A DNA stretch of 63,853 nt, counting the filler. It is 4 parts of 4 records of this genome, joined end to end, with 100 filler letters (N's around TTAATTAATTAA, not from the genome) between each part and the next. Parts side by side here need not be neighbours in the genome. Positions count along the whole stretch, not along the records: positions 40,240 to 56,770 come from SRR31156797_4945; positions 56,871 to 63,853 come from SRR31156797_4961; 2 more parts are not named here. One strand, written 5' to 3'. Shown here one piece after another: positions 51,609 through 62,094 of the stretch. A program made the position numbers and the translations under genes. Numbering within the stretch: position 1 is the stretch's first letter; the number at the start of each line of letters is the position of its first letter. Below the pieces are notes generated by a model. The model was not told the DNA's origin, did not search any database, and worked only from the letters and a program-made list of their open reading frames with translations.

Positions 51609-51648
51609 GGCCTGATACGGTGGCGGGATTTTGTCACCGTATCGGGCC
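51609..51648. other. Intergenic inverted repeat without U-tail
   Basis: GGCCTGATACGGTGGC/GTCACCGTATCGGGCC. Confidence 0.55.
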
Positions 51649-51696
51649 GGGAATCATTCTTTGAAAGAATGTTTATAGTTTTATAGCTTAGAAAAA

Positions 51697-52539
51697 TTAC
51701 AGAAATGTGCAGGTAAACGGCTTTTCCGAAAATTCTTCGGCCCTATCCCTGAGCATGGGGGAAACTTGCGATAGATCCGCCAGAATCGCATCCTCGGGAC
51801 ATACTTTCGTGCAACTGTAGCAAAAAATGCATTCATCACTAAACCGGGGATAAGGTGCAAGGGTGATCGCCGCGGAAGGGCAAAGATCCATGCAGGTTTC
51901 GCACTGCACGCAACGTTCCTCGTCGATTTTCTTCTCCGGCATCCTGTCCTTGCTTGCCTTGAGGGATGCCTGGATCATCATCGGCCTCAGGGATTCGGGC
52001 TGGTAGGCAAGATCTTCGAGGTCGATTTCCTCAACCTCGCCGCCGCAGACCTTTTCATGGATCGCTTTTGCAAACCCGGTGATCATAAGGTCATCTTCGA
52101 CGTCGGGGCGACCTTCTCCCAGGGGATGGGCCGTATCTCTCATCATGGAGTGAGGGGCCAGGACCTTTGCCCCGCCGACCACCTTATAGCCCCTGGAGTC
52201 CAAAAGTGCCCCCATCTCATGGAGGGCCACCCCGCTCGTCACTCCGCCCCATGTGATAAAGGGAATTGCAGGTGCTCCGGTGCTTTGGGGCAGAAGTTTG
52301 ATGAATTCCATCACCTGGGGCAGGGCATGGAAAACATATACCGGGGAGCCGATGAAAAGCATGGCGTCAGCGCCCGCCGCCCCTATCCTTGCGAGTATGG
52401 GTGTATAATTCTCCCTTGCATCGAGGGCCAGCCGCGTTACTTTCATCCCCTCCGATTCAAGGGATTCTGCTATCACATCCCCCACATGGCGGGTGGTACC
52501 GGCGGGCGAGCAGCAAATAATAAAAGCTTCTCTTTTCAA
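51697..52539 (-). CDS. EFR1-family flavodoxin-ferredoxin fusion
   Basis: SPAGTT flavodoxin loop, GSPVY, TWGG, GRPD..D, two CxxCxxCxxxCP motifs. Confidence 0.85.
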   Translation of the reverse strand: MKREAFIICCSPAGTTRHVGDVIAESLESEGMKVTRLALDARENYTPILARIGAAGADAMLFIGSPVYVFHALPQVMEFIKLLPQSTGAPAIPFITWGGVTSGVALHEMGALLDSRGYKVVGGAKVLAPHSMMRDTAHPLGEGRPDVEDDLMITGFAKAIHEKVCGGEVEEIDLEDLAYQPESLRPMMIQASLKASKDRMPEKKIDEERCVQCETCMDLCPSAAITLAPYPRFSDECIFCYSCTKVCPEDAILADLSQVSPMLRDRAEEFSEKPFTCTFL

Positions 52540-52638
52540 TGTCCACTTTCTCCTGATTCTATTTAGGGCCGATTACCCGTATCCCACAGCATGTCACGGG
52601 CGATGGGAACCTGTCTGGCCGGCCCTTGGTTAAAATTA

Positions 52639-52667
52639 CCCAAGCGTATAGATTCTATACACTTGGG
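52639..52667. promoter_or_regulatory. Palindromic operator upstream of the flavodoxin-ferredoxin gene
   Basis: CCCAAGCGTATAGA-T-TCTATACACTTGGG; near-identical core to the marR-proximal site. Confidence 0.75.
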
Positions 52668-52669
52668 GT

Positions 52670-52699
52670 AAAAAAATCACCGGTTAAAAAACCGGTGAT
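52670..52699 (-). terminator. Intrinsic terminator of marR
   Basis: ATCACCGGTT/AACCGGTGAT followed by T-run on the minus strand. Confidence 0.75.
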
Positions 52700-52708
52700 A
52701 ACGGATAT

Positions 52709-53185
52709 CTATTTTATCCCTTTCTCCATGCGTTTATCGAGAAAGGTTTCCAGATGAGCTATAAAATCAAGCAGGAAATGGACATTGCTTGTGCTCAATC
52801 CATCGACATATGATTTGAAATCACCCCCGATCTCTTTATGCCACGCCAGATGAGCCTCGTAGGCTTTCATCCCCCCAGAAGTCAGTTCCACAAGGAGCCT
52901 CGAGGTGTTGGACGGGTCCGTCTTTTTTACAGCGAGTCCTTTGGTCACCAGTTTTTTCAGAATCTGTGAAATCGCTCCTTTGGTCACGGCATGGAGCCCG
53001 GCAAGTTCGGTCACACTTGAACCACTGTATGCCCCGATGGTTTCCAGGAGCTGTATTTCGGAACGGGTGAGGAGAAAACCGGTGCCGTATTCCTGGGGTT
53101 GGCTTTCAACCTTGTGCCATTTTTCCACGATCCTTGCAAAGCCATCGGCGATGGCTCCGGATGATTTTTGTTTTGTCGATTTCAT
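52709..53185 (-). CDS. MarR family transcriptional regulator
   Basis: LT..E..LL..I, VTELA....VTKGAISQ..KKL..KGL, D....R...LT..G winged helix. Confidence 0.9.
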   Translation of the reverse strand: MKSTKQKSSGAIADGFARIVEKWHKVESQPQEYGTGFLLTRSEIQLLETIGAYSGSSVTELAGLHAVTKGAISQILKKLVTKGLAVKKTDPSNTSRLLVELTSGGMKAYEAHLAWHKEIGGDFKSYVDGLSTSNVHFLLDFIAHLETFLDKRMEKGIK

Positions 53186-53188
53186 GGG

Positions 53189-53221
53189 CTAAAGCGTATA
53201 GAGTCTAAACGCTTTAGTCAA
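53189..53221 (-). promoter_or_regulatory. sigma70 promoter of marR overlapped by a palindromic operator; probably leaderless
   Basis: Minus strand TTGACT-N17-TACGCT-N7-ATG; CTAAAGCGTATAGA-G-TCTAAACGCTTTAG inverted repeat. Confidence 0.75.
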
Positions 53222-53475
53222 GTTTTTTTTATTTTCCTGTTTCATAAATTTTGACGGCGGCCGATCTCATCCTGGTCAAGCCCCGGTTTTGTGGGTCTAC
53301 AGGCGATCTCTTACCTGGGGGCCGGCCATGATCTTTTTTATTGAAATGCACGGCTGCGGGCTGTTATTATTACCTGATTCCATCAAGACCGGGGAGGACC
53401 CTTGCCCCCCTGAAAACGGCTGCCGCGCTCCTCCACGGCCGTAACCGGCCCATTTACCGACCGGAGAGATAATGG

Positions 53476-56400
53476 ATGCATATGAAAATGTTCGTCAGGT
53501 CCCTTAGAGGCAGGCTGCTTCTGTCATTTGGTATTACCTCCGCCGTCATGCTCCTGATCCTGGGCCTGGTTTTCTATCAGATGGTGAAAAAAAACCTGGT
53601 TGAAAATGCCGAAAGCCTGATCAGGTCGAGACTCAAAGAGGTGACCGCCCAGATCGAGAGTGCCAACCGGATCGCCGTGACCGTACCCGGGATCATGGCC
53701 ATGGCCCAGGAGAACGGACTTTTCGGCAACCGGGGGGCCTCGGCCCGTTATGCCCGGGAGGTTCTCGTCAGGACCCCGGGATTGACTGCTGCCTGGTTCG
53801 CCTATGAACCGGACGCGGATCAGGACGATGATACCTATCTTGCCCAAAACCAATCCGAAAAAATAGCCATGGACGAAAACGGCCGGTTTCTGCCCTACTG
53901 GTTTATTGAAAAGAGCGAGATAAAACTAACCCCGATTATTAATATTGAGACAAGCCCGTATTATAAGGCCATCAAAGAAGCGTTCAATTCCGGGGGGGAA
54001 GAAAGGACACTTGTTACGGAGCCACACTTTTATCAAGGCAAAATGGTCGTCAAGCAGGCTTTTCCCATACTGATCAACCGGAAATTCGCCGGTGCTGCCG
54101 GCGTGGACCGCGCCCTTACCGATCTGCACCGGTTCATGGCCGGTTTCAACCCCTACAAGAGTTCGAAATTCGTACTGATCAGCCCCAAAGGAAAAATCAT
54201 TTCATCCAATATGAACCTTGCCTCGGCAAATACATTCAGGCGCTCCCTGGAAGCAATGAGAGAAGGAAAAAAAAATATGGATCTTTCCCGGCTGAACAAA
54301 CGGATGCTGACCTTCAATATCGGGGCGACGGATTATGCCGGGATCCTTCATCCCTTTTACCGGATGGAGGAAAAACAGCCCTTTCTCCTGATGAAGGGGA
54401 AAGGCCCCCTTGACGCCCGGGATTACTATTTTGCCGGGCAAAGGATTCCCGTGGGAGGCTGGACCGTGGTCATGCGGGTGGCGGCGAAAGAGATCCTTGA
54501 GCCGATCCATGGGGTTCTCATGAAAACGGCCATGGTGTCGATCGTGTTCGTGGTACTTCTGATGCTCCTGATCCTGAGGTTCTGCCAGCGCCTGGCCGCT
54601 CCCATAATGGATGTCGCCGGCGCCTCGGCTGAAATCGCAAGAGGCAATTTCGACATTTCCCTTCCCCCCTCCCCTTTCATGGAGATCGACTCCCTCACAA
54701 ACGCCCTCACGGATACGGGCATGAAATTTCAATCCCTTACCCGGCGGATTGAAGAAGAAAAGGAGCGGCTTCAAGAGAGCGAAGCCCATTTCAGCAACTT
54801 TTGGAACACACTGCATAACGCCATCACCACCAGGGATTACACCGTAAGGATCACCCCCCGGTCGGATGAGGATATTCACGCGGCCTCCATAAACAAGACC
54901 CTCGCCGCCCTCAACACTGCGGCAAGGGAGGCCAGGGACCAGGATTGGCTGAAAACCGGCATGAATCAGCTCAGTGATATGATCAGCGGAGAAAGAAAGA
55001 TCCATCGGCTATGCGGAAACGCCATCACCTGTATTGCCGGGTATCTGAATGCCCAGGTGGGAACGATCTTTGTAAAGGATGATAAAAAAAATGAGTTCAG
55101 GCTTTTGGCAAGCTATGCCTTTGGGAAGCGAAAAGGGCTTGCAACCCGGTTCAGGCCGGGCGAGGGTCTTGCGGGCCAGGCCGCCCTTGAAAAAAAGAAG
55201 ATTCTTTTTACCGAAGTGCCGGATGATTACATCTGGATAGCGTCCCCCATGGGCAGGGATGCTCCGGCGAACATTCTTGTCGTTCCGTTTCTATATGAGG
55301 ATGAGGTCCAGGCGGTTGTGGAACTGGGCTCCATGGCCGCGTTCACACCGCTTATGATGAAATTTGTCGATGTATCCGGCGACATGACGGCCGTTGCCAT
55401 CCATGCCGCCCTTTCCAGTGAAAAGATGGAAAAACTGCTGGCGCAGACCAATGAACAGGCAACAGCACTCACGGACCGGCAGGAGGAGCTGAAAAGGGCC
55501 AATGCCGAGCTTGAAGAGCAGACCGAAACCCTGCGGGAATCCGAGGCCCGGCTCCAGGTACAGCAGGAGGAGCTCCAGGCCAGCAATGAGGAGATGGAGG
55601 AAAAGAACGAACTTCTCGAAAACCAGAAAGAGGAGATACAGGAAAAGGCAAGACAGCTTGAAATAGCCACGAAATACAAGACGGAGTTTCTGGCCGACAT
55701 CTCCCACGAGCTTCGCACGCCCCTGAACAGCATACTGCTCCTGGCCAAAATGCTTGCGGACAATAAGGAGAAGAACCTTACCAACGGTCAGATCGAATCG
55801 GCTGCCTCCATCCACCGGAGCGGACAGAACCTTCTCCATCTTATCCGGGACATCCTCGCCCTCTCAAAGATCGAGACACGAAAGATAGAGCTCAGCATTT
55901 CCAGAATCAGGCTACAGACCCTTATGGTAAATCTTGAAACGGAGTTCACCCATATGGCAAGGGAAAAGGGACTCGATTTTCAAACATCGGTGGGACCAGG
56001 GCTGCCGGAAACCATAACCACCGATGTTCACCGGCTTGAGCAGATAATGCGGAACCTTCTGGGCAACGCCTTCAAGTACACGGAAAAAGGGTCCGTGTCG
56101 CTCCGGGTTGAAAGGCCCCCGGAAGGAATCCGGTGGGACCGGAAGGACCTGGCCCCGGCAGAGGCCGTCGCTGTTGCCGTTACGGATACGGGCCCGGGTA
56201 TTCCCGAGGAGAGACTCCAGCTGATCTTTGAAGCCTTCAGCCGGGAGGAGGACGCCATGGCCCGGCGCCAGGTTGGCCCGGGACTGGGCCTCTCCATCTC
56301 CCGTGAGCTTGCGCTGCTGATCGGGGGAGAACTCAAGGCGGAAAGCACCCCGGGCAAAGGCTCCGTTTTTACCCTGTATATTCCTGAAATATTCACCGCC

Positions 56401-56770
56401 TCCCATACTGAAAAACCTGCGGCCCCGACGGCGGGAAAGATACCCTATGAAAGAGCGGCGGACGCCCCGGAAGGAACACCCCTGGCCCCCGCCGCCAGGA
56501 CAATGCTGATCATCGAGGATGACCCTGAATTCGCCGCCATCCTTGCCGATTTCTTCCAGAAGAACGGTTTTGAAAGCATCCTGGCCCCGGACGGTGAATC
56601 AGGAATCAAATACGTCATCGAAAATAAGCCCACCGCCGTCATCCTTGATATCGGCCTGCCGGGAATTGACGGGTGGGCGGTCCTGAATGAGCTGAAAAGC
56701 AACCCCGACGTAAGGCATATCCCGGTGTACATCATGTCCGCCTTTGACAACACCCGGGAGGGACTGGAAA
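53476..56770 (+). CDS. Cache-HAMP-GAF hybrid histidine kinase with REC, 3' truncated
   Basis: TM-Cache-TM, HAMP, GAF (GEGLAGQAA), coiled coil, SHELRTPLN, HATPase, REC LDIGLP. Confidence 0.9.
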
Positions 56771-56870
56771 NNNNNNNNNNNNNNNNNNNNNNNNNNNNNN
56801 NNNNNNNNNNNNNNTTAATTAATTAANNNNNNNNNNNNNNNNNNNNNNNNNNNNNNNNNNNNNNNNNNNN
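56771..56870. other. Artificial contig spacer
   Basis: N44-TTAATTAATTAA-N44. Confidence 0.98.
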
Positions 56871-59800
56871 TCAATTCTCTTAACTATTTTCATTGTTTCA
56901 TCATGGTCGCCATCAGATTTAACATGATTCTGCAGTTCTTCAATTAACTGCGCCATCTTTCCAAATCTCATGCTTAGAGATGAGCCTTTCATTGTGTGAG
57001 CAAGTATTCTCAGCTCTTTAAAACTATTATCGGCTGCATATGTTGAAAGCTTGTCTATCTTTTCAGGAAAATCTTTTTTCGCAAAGCTGATAAGCTGACA
57101 CATAAGGTCCTTATCTTTACCGATCGTTTCAAAAAGATGTTCTCTGTCAAAATGATTTTCAACATTTATACCATTTATTTCCTGAGTATCACTAACTGCA
57201 CTGTCTGCAAGCCATTTACATAATTTATGAACCAGATACTCCTCATCAACCGGTTTTGAAAGATAGTCGTTCATTCCTGCTTCAAGACATCTTTCCTTTT
57301 CACCTTTTACAATTCCTGCAGTAAGAGCAATTATCGGAACATTGTGACCATCACTTTCTATTTCTCTTATCTCCTTCGTCACTGCATACCCGTCTTTTCC
57401 AGGCATCTGAATATCCATAAAAACAAGATTCAACTTATTTTTCTTAAATATCTCGATAGCTTGACTGCCATTTCTCGCAGGAATAATATTGCCATTAGGA
57501 AAAAGATCTTTAAGAACTGTCAGTGTAAGCATCAGATTTATCTCATTATCTTCAACGACCATAATGCTGTATTTGTTGTTCTTGATCTGGGCATAAGCAG
57601 CTTTAATAACCCTTACCGCTGTATTTTCCTCTCTTTCTTCCGGTTCTCCATCAAGATCGAACTCAATATCAAAATAGAAATCAGACCCTTTACCAAACTC
57701 ACTATCAACATTTAGCTCACTTCCGAATTTCTTAAGAATACTGTTTGAAATAACCAGACCCAACCCGGTTCCTCCATACTTTCTTGCTGTTGACGGATCT
57801 GCCTGAGAAAAAGATTTAAAAAGCCGCTCCATTTGCTCCGGTTTTATTCCAATTCCCGTATCTTTGATAGAGAAATGACACTTTACTTTTCTATCATTTC
57901 GATCCAGTTCAACAACTTCCATTTTCACGGAACCTTTTTCTGTGAACTTTGCAGCATTACTAAGAATATTAACAATAACCTGCCTTAATCGCAAAGGATC
58001 TGCAGACACATTAAGTGGTTTTTGTGGAATATTAAGAATAGATCTTAAGTTTTGTTTCTCCAGTCTGTACCTGATAAGCTCAAAAGACTCTGCGACCAGT
58101 TTATAAACATCAATTTCTTCAAACTCCAGATCCAATTTTCCTGCTTCAATTTTTGAGAAATCAAGAATGTCATCTACAACTCCTAAAAGAGCATGCGCCG
58201 ACTTGGAGACGTTATTCATATACTGATTCTGAACTGCACTTAAATGTGTTTTTGTAAGAAGATCGCTAAACCCGATTACACCGTTAAGAGGTGTTCTTAT
58301 CTCGTGGCTCATATTTGCCAAGAACTCACTTTTTGCCTGATTTGCAGATTCAGCTTCCGCTTTTGCTTTCTCAAGTTTTGATGTTTTTTCAAAGACAAGC
58401 TTTTCAAGAGAGACCTGCTTATTTCTTACAAACATTATGAAAACAGCAAGAATTATCGCCATAATAAAAAGCAGAAAGAAAGTAATAACTCCAAAAACGA
58501 TACTATCCCGACTAACATCACTGGTCATATAAGCTTTCATTGCAATAGTGCTTCCCACTACAAAAAGAGGAAGAATTCTTTCAAACCTTGGACTTTCGGC
58601 ATCTTCAATATATGGCTCACAACTTCCCGGAGAGCATTTGTTTAGGAACATTGCCCCTTTTTCATATAACATCACTAGATCAAGTTGGAAGTTCTTTTCA
58701 GTAAGTTCAGCACTGTAATATGATCCCGTAAGCTGGCCCGTCAAAGAAACAACTGAACAGACAAGACCGATAACATCCCTGCATTTAGTGGAATAAACAG
58801 GAGTATAGACGAAAATGAACATTCCCGATTCGTCACCTTTTTTCAAGTTCTGAGGTCTGGAAGTCGTTGTCATACTGGTTCTAATGGCAGTTTTTATAGC
58901 TTTTCGCCTACTTTCATCAGTAAAATGATCTATTTCATGAAAAAGAAAACTTCCCTGAGATGGAAAAGAATATTCCGCATATAAACTTTGCTTAAAAGTG
59001 CTATTACAAACATCCTTTGAATCCTTAAGCTTAATAAACTGAACTCCTGAAATTAGCGGGGATTTTGCCACCGAATGAGCCGCTTTTGAAAAGACCCCCT
59101 CATTTACATCTGTAAGAGCGATATAACCTGCCAACCCCTCCATTCCCTTCCGAAGCTCAAAAAGCTCCTGTTTAAAGAACTTACTTTTAGCCAAAGCAAG
59201 GTTTTTAAAATCATCATCTGCCGTCTTAACCGAGTAAATATATGCGTTGATCGCCAAGATCAAAGCAACTGTGGTTCCAATGATAAGCACAAAAAAAGCT
59301 TCGAGATGCTTGTAAAAAGTCTTTTCCTTATAATTAAAAACGTCTCTGATAACTACCAGAAGAAAGAAGGTCCAAAAAAGAATGATCAATATAAATATCT
59401 TAAATATTGCCCTTGACCTCGCTTTCAGAACGTCCTTTTCCCATTCCTGTGCAAGAATATCAACACCGACTACCATCCTTACTGATCCTGTAAGATTGGA
59501 AAACACCGGAGCATAAGCTGAAATAAAAGTACCGTATTCGTCCTTAACGGGACCCACGACCCTTATCCTTCCGTCATTAAAAGTATCAAAAAGGTCTTTA
59601 TCAGGCATTTTGTAAACCTGACCAGGAGTGGAGGCCATTGAGTCATTAAAATCATAATCTTCCGGACCGAACAGCAATTCATTATCCTTTTTAAAGATAG
59701 TGTATATTCCCCTGAGAGATCTAATGTGTCTGGCATAAAGATTAAGCTGGCGGTGAATTCTTAGATAGACAGGATTATTATAGTCATCATTGTTAAATGA

Positions 59801-60154
59801 TAGCGACTCTAATCTGTCCTGATTTATAGTTGAAGCTATAACCTCAGCCTGAAAAACAAGGTCATCCCGGATATTCTGATCGGCAACCTGTCCCTGAAAC
59901 TCAGTTACCATCCATCCCATGATAAGAGATATAGTAATTGAAAAAACTAAGATCCTTTTATTCTGTTTACTTACAGTTGTTTTTGTTTTTTTAGCCAGCA
60001 CCCTTTCAACTATCTTTTTTATGCAGAAACTCAACACTATAACAACTGCTGAGAAAACAAGATAATCAATTTGAATTGTAAGCAAACTTAACAAAAGCCT
60101 TCCCCTAAAAATCATACTGAATCTAATTTTATCAAAAAAATCTTTTAAACTCAA
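56871..60154 (-). CDS. Membrane hybrid histidine kinase (two extracytoplasmic domains, HisKA, HATPase, REC, Hpt), 3' truncated
   Basis: [35 protein letters not shown], Hpt AHTMKGSS; start codon uncertain. Confidence 0.9.
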
Positions 60155-60249
60155 TTTTTAGTACAGATCGTTCTATGAAATCTGTAAAGCAAGTACAGGT
60201 CAACCTCTGTTCGCTTTTATGAAAGTGTTATGAAAAGCATCTTTATTAT

Positions 60250-60278
60250 TTGTTGGAACCAGAGGAATAGTGTATAAT
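60250..60278 (+). promoter_or_regulatory. sigma70 promoter
   Basis: TTGTTG-N17-TATAAT, then GGAGG RBS at 60296-60300. Confidence 0.6.
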
Positions 60279-60304
60279 TGGCTGAACTTTTATTCGGAGG
60301 CACT

Positions 60305-61429
60305 ATGAGCTACGCTGACAACTATCCAACCAGTACATGGACTGATTTTGACATTCTTGAGAGTTTTATGAAAGATTGCCTGATGAAATTGAATGTTCCT
60401 GAAAATGACGCAAAGATCGTTGCAGACGTACTTATCACTGCCGATAAACGCGGTATCGATTCTCATGGAATAGGCAGGTTCAAACTGATCTATGTGGACA
60501 GGATCGAGCAGGGAATTCTTAACCCTAAAACTGATATTGAAATAATCAAAGAAACACAAACCACAGCTGTTTTGGATGGAAATAACGGTATGGGTCATGT
60601 CATTTCAGAAAAAGCTATGCAGATGGCAATTGAAAAGGCAAAAGAAACAGGAATGGGAATGATTGCGGTGAAAAACTCCACTCATTACGGAATTGCCGGA
60701 TATTATCCACTTATGGCCTGTGATAACAACATGATCGGAATTACCGGTACAAATGCCAGACCTTCCATTGCTCCGACTTTCGGAGTGGAGAACATGCTTG
60801 GAACAAATCCATTGACCATTGGATTTCCAACTGACGAAGATTTTCCATTTGTTCTTGACTGCGCCACTTCTGTTGCCCAACGCGGAAAGATAGAAGCTTA
60901 CGAGCGCGTTGGAAAAGACCTTCCTAAGGGTTGGGTAGTAGGTCGAGACGGAAAAACAAGAACTGACACATCTGAGGTCCTGAAAGATCTTATTAAAGGA
61001 CAGGCATCACTTGTTCCAATTGGCGGAATTGGTGAAAAAACAGCCGGATATAAGGGTTATGGGTATGCAACAGTTGTTGAGGTCCTTTCTGCAGCTCTTG
61101 CCGGTGGAAAGTTCATGAAAGACCTTAACGGTCATGATGAGGACGGAAACAAGATCCCATATCCTCTTGGACATTTCTTCATTGCGATAAACATAGAGAA
61201 CTTTATTGATCCGGCGATATTTAGATCTATTGCAGGAACAATTATGAAGCAGCTTAGAAAATCTGAAGTTGCTCCCGGAGAAGAAAGAATATACACCGCT
61301 GGAGAAAAAGAATGGATCGCCTGGCAGTACAGAAAAGATCATGGATGCCCTGTTACTCCCGCGTTACGAAAACAGTTTTGCGATCTTAACAACAGATTAA
61401 ATGTTGGATACACTTTTCCATGGGAATGA
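60305..61429 (+). CDS. Ldh_2 family (malate/L-lactate/sulfolactate dehydrogenase type 2) oxidoreductase
   Basis: RGIDSHG, DG.NG.G, NSTHYG, GTNP, LDCATS, YKGYG. Confidence 0.9.
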   Translation: MSYADNYPTSTWTDFDILESFMKDCLMKLNVPENDAKIVADVLITADKRGIDSHGIGRFKLIYVDRIEQGILNPKTDIEIIKETQTTAVLDGNNGMGHVISEKAMQMAIEKAKETGMGMIAVKNSTHYGIAGYYPLMACDNNMIGITGTNARPSIAPTFGVENMLGTNPLTIGFPTDEDFPFVLDCATSVAQRGKIEAYERVGKDLPKGWVVGRDGKTRTDTSEVLKDLIKGQASLVPIGGIGEKTAGYKGYGYATVVEVLSAALAGGKFMKDLNGHDEDGNKIPYPLGHFFIAINIENFIDPAIFRSIAGTIMKQLRKSEVAPGEERIYTAGEKEWIAWQYRKDHGCPVTPALRKQFCDLNNRLNVGYTFPWE

Positions 61430-62094
61430 TAGATCCTAGTAAATTTCTTATCGGCGGTCACCGGGGCTCACCTTTAAAAAGACGTGAAAACACTCTTGAA
61501 AGTTTTGAAGTGACAATTCAGGATGGCGCTGATTTTATTGAATTTGATATCCGCTCAACTTCTGATGGAAAACTGATAGTTCATCATGACGGATCTGCTG
61601 AAGGCATAGATCTTTCTCGATCAACTTTTTCATCTTTAAATTTAAGTTATAAAATTCCAGCACTTGAAGAAATGCTCAAATTATGTCAAGGAAGGATCAT
61701 GCTTGACGCTGAAATAAAAGAGCCTGAAATTGCTCTTAAAGCAGTAAGAGAGATCCTTGGATCTTTTTCTGAGGATAAGTTTATTGTCACTTCTTTTTAT
61801 GATAGTGCCCTTAAATCTGTGAAAACAGAATTTCCAGGCGTGACCACCGGTCTTCTTTTTGATGATGAAACTGAAATGAGCATTGAAAAACGTGTTAAAG
61901 ATCTTAAGCCTGATCTACTTTTACCTCATTATTCTATCTTTTCTAAATATGAGAAAATGATAAGAGCTACTGGTTTAAAAATTATTCTCTGGACAGTTAA
62001 TAATGAAGTTAACGTAAAAGAATTTAAAGAAAATGATCTAGTTGTCGGGATTATTTCTGACAACCCTGAAAAAGCGCTTATTTACAGCTCATAA
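61426..62094 (+). CDS. Glycerophosphodiester phosphodiesterase
   Basis: HRG...ENT, IEFDI..TSDG..IVHHD, EIK, WTVN, IISD.P; ATGA overlap with the upstream gene. Confidence 0.9.
   Translation: MIDPSKFLIGGHRGSPLKRRENTLESFEVTIQDGADFIEFDIRSTSDGKLIVHHDGSAEGIDLSRSTFSSLNLSYKIPALEEMLKLCQGRIMLDAEIKEPEIALKAVREILGSFSEDKFIVTSFYDSALKSVKTEFPGVTTGLLFDDETEMSIEKRVKDLKPDLLLPHYSIFSKYEKMIRATGLKIILWTVNNEVNVKEFKENDLVVGIISDNPEKALIYSS

Noticed and set aside
53524-56753. Numerous long antisense ORFs opposite the hybrid kinase, with similar shadows over rdhC, DUF362 and parE
   Set aside because: They have no recognisable motifs and are expected shadows of GC-rich coding sequence
40240-56770. Genome-wide UGA reassignment as the explanation for in-frame TGAs
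   Set aside because: TGA terminates ordinary genes in the same contig, and the two read-through sites are at redox Cys positions with downstream hairpins
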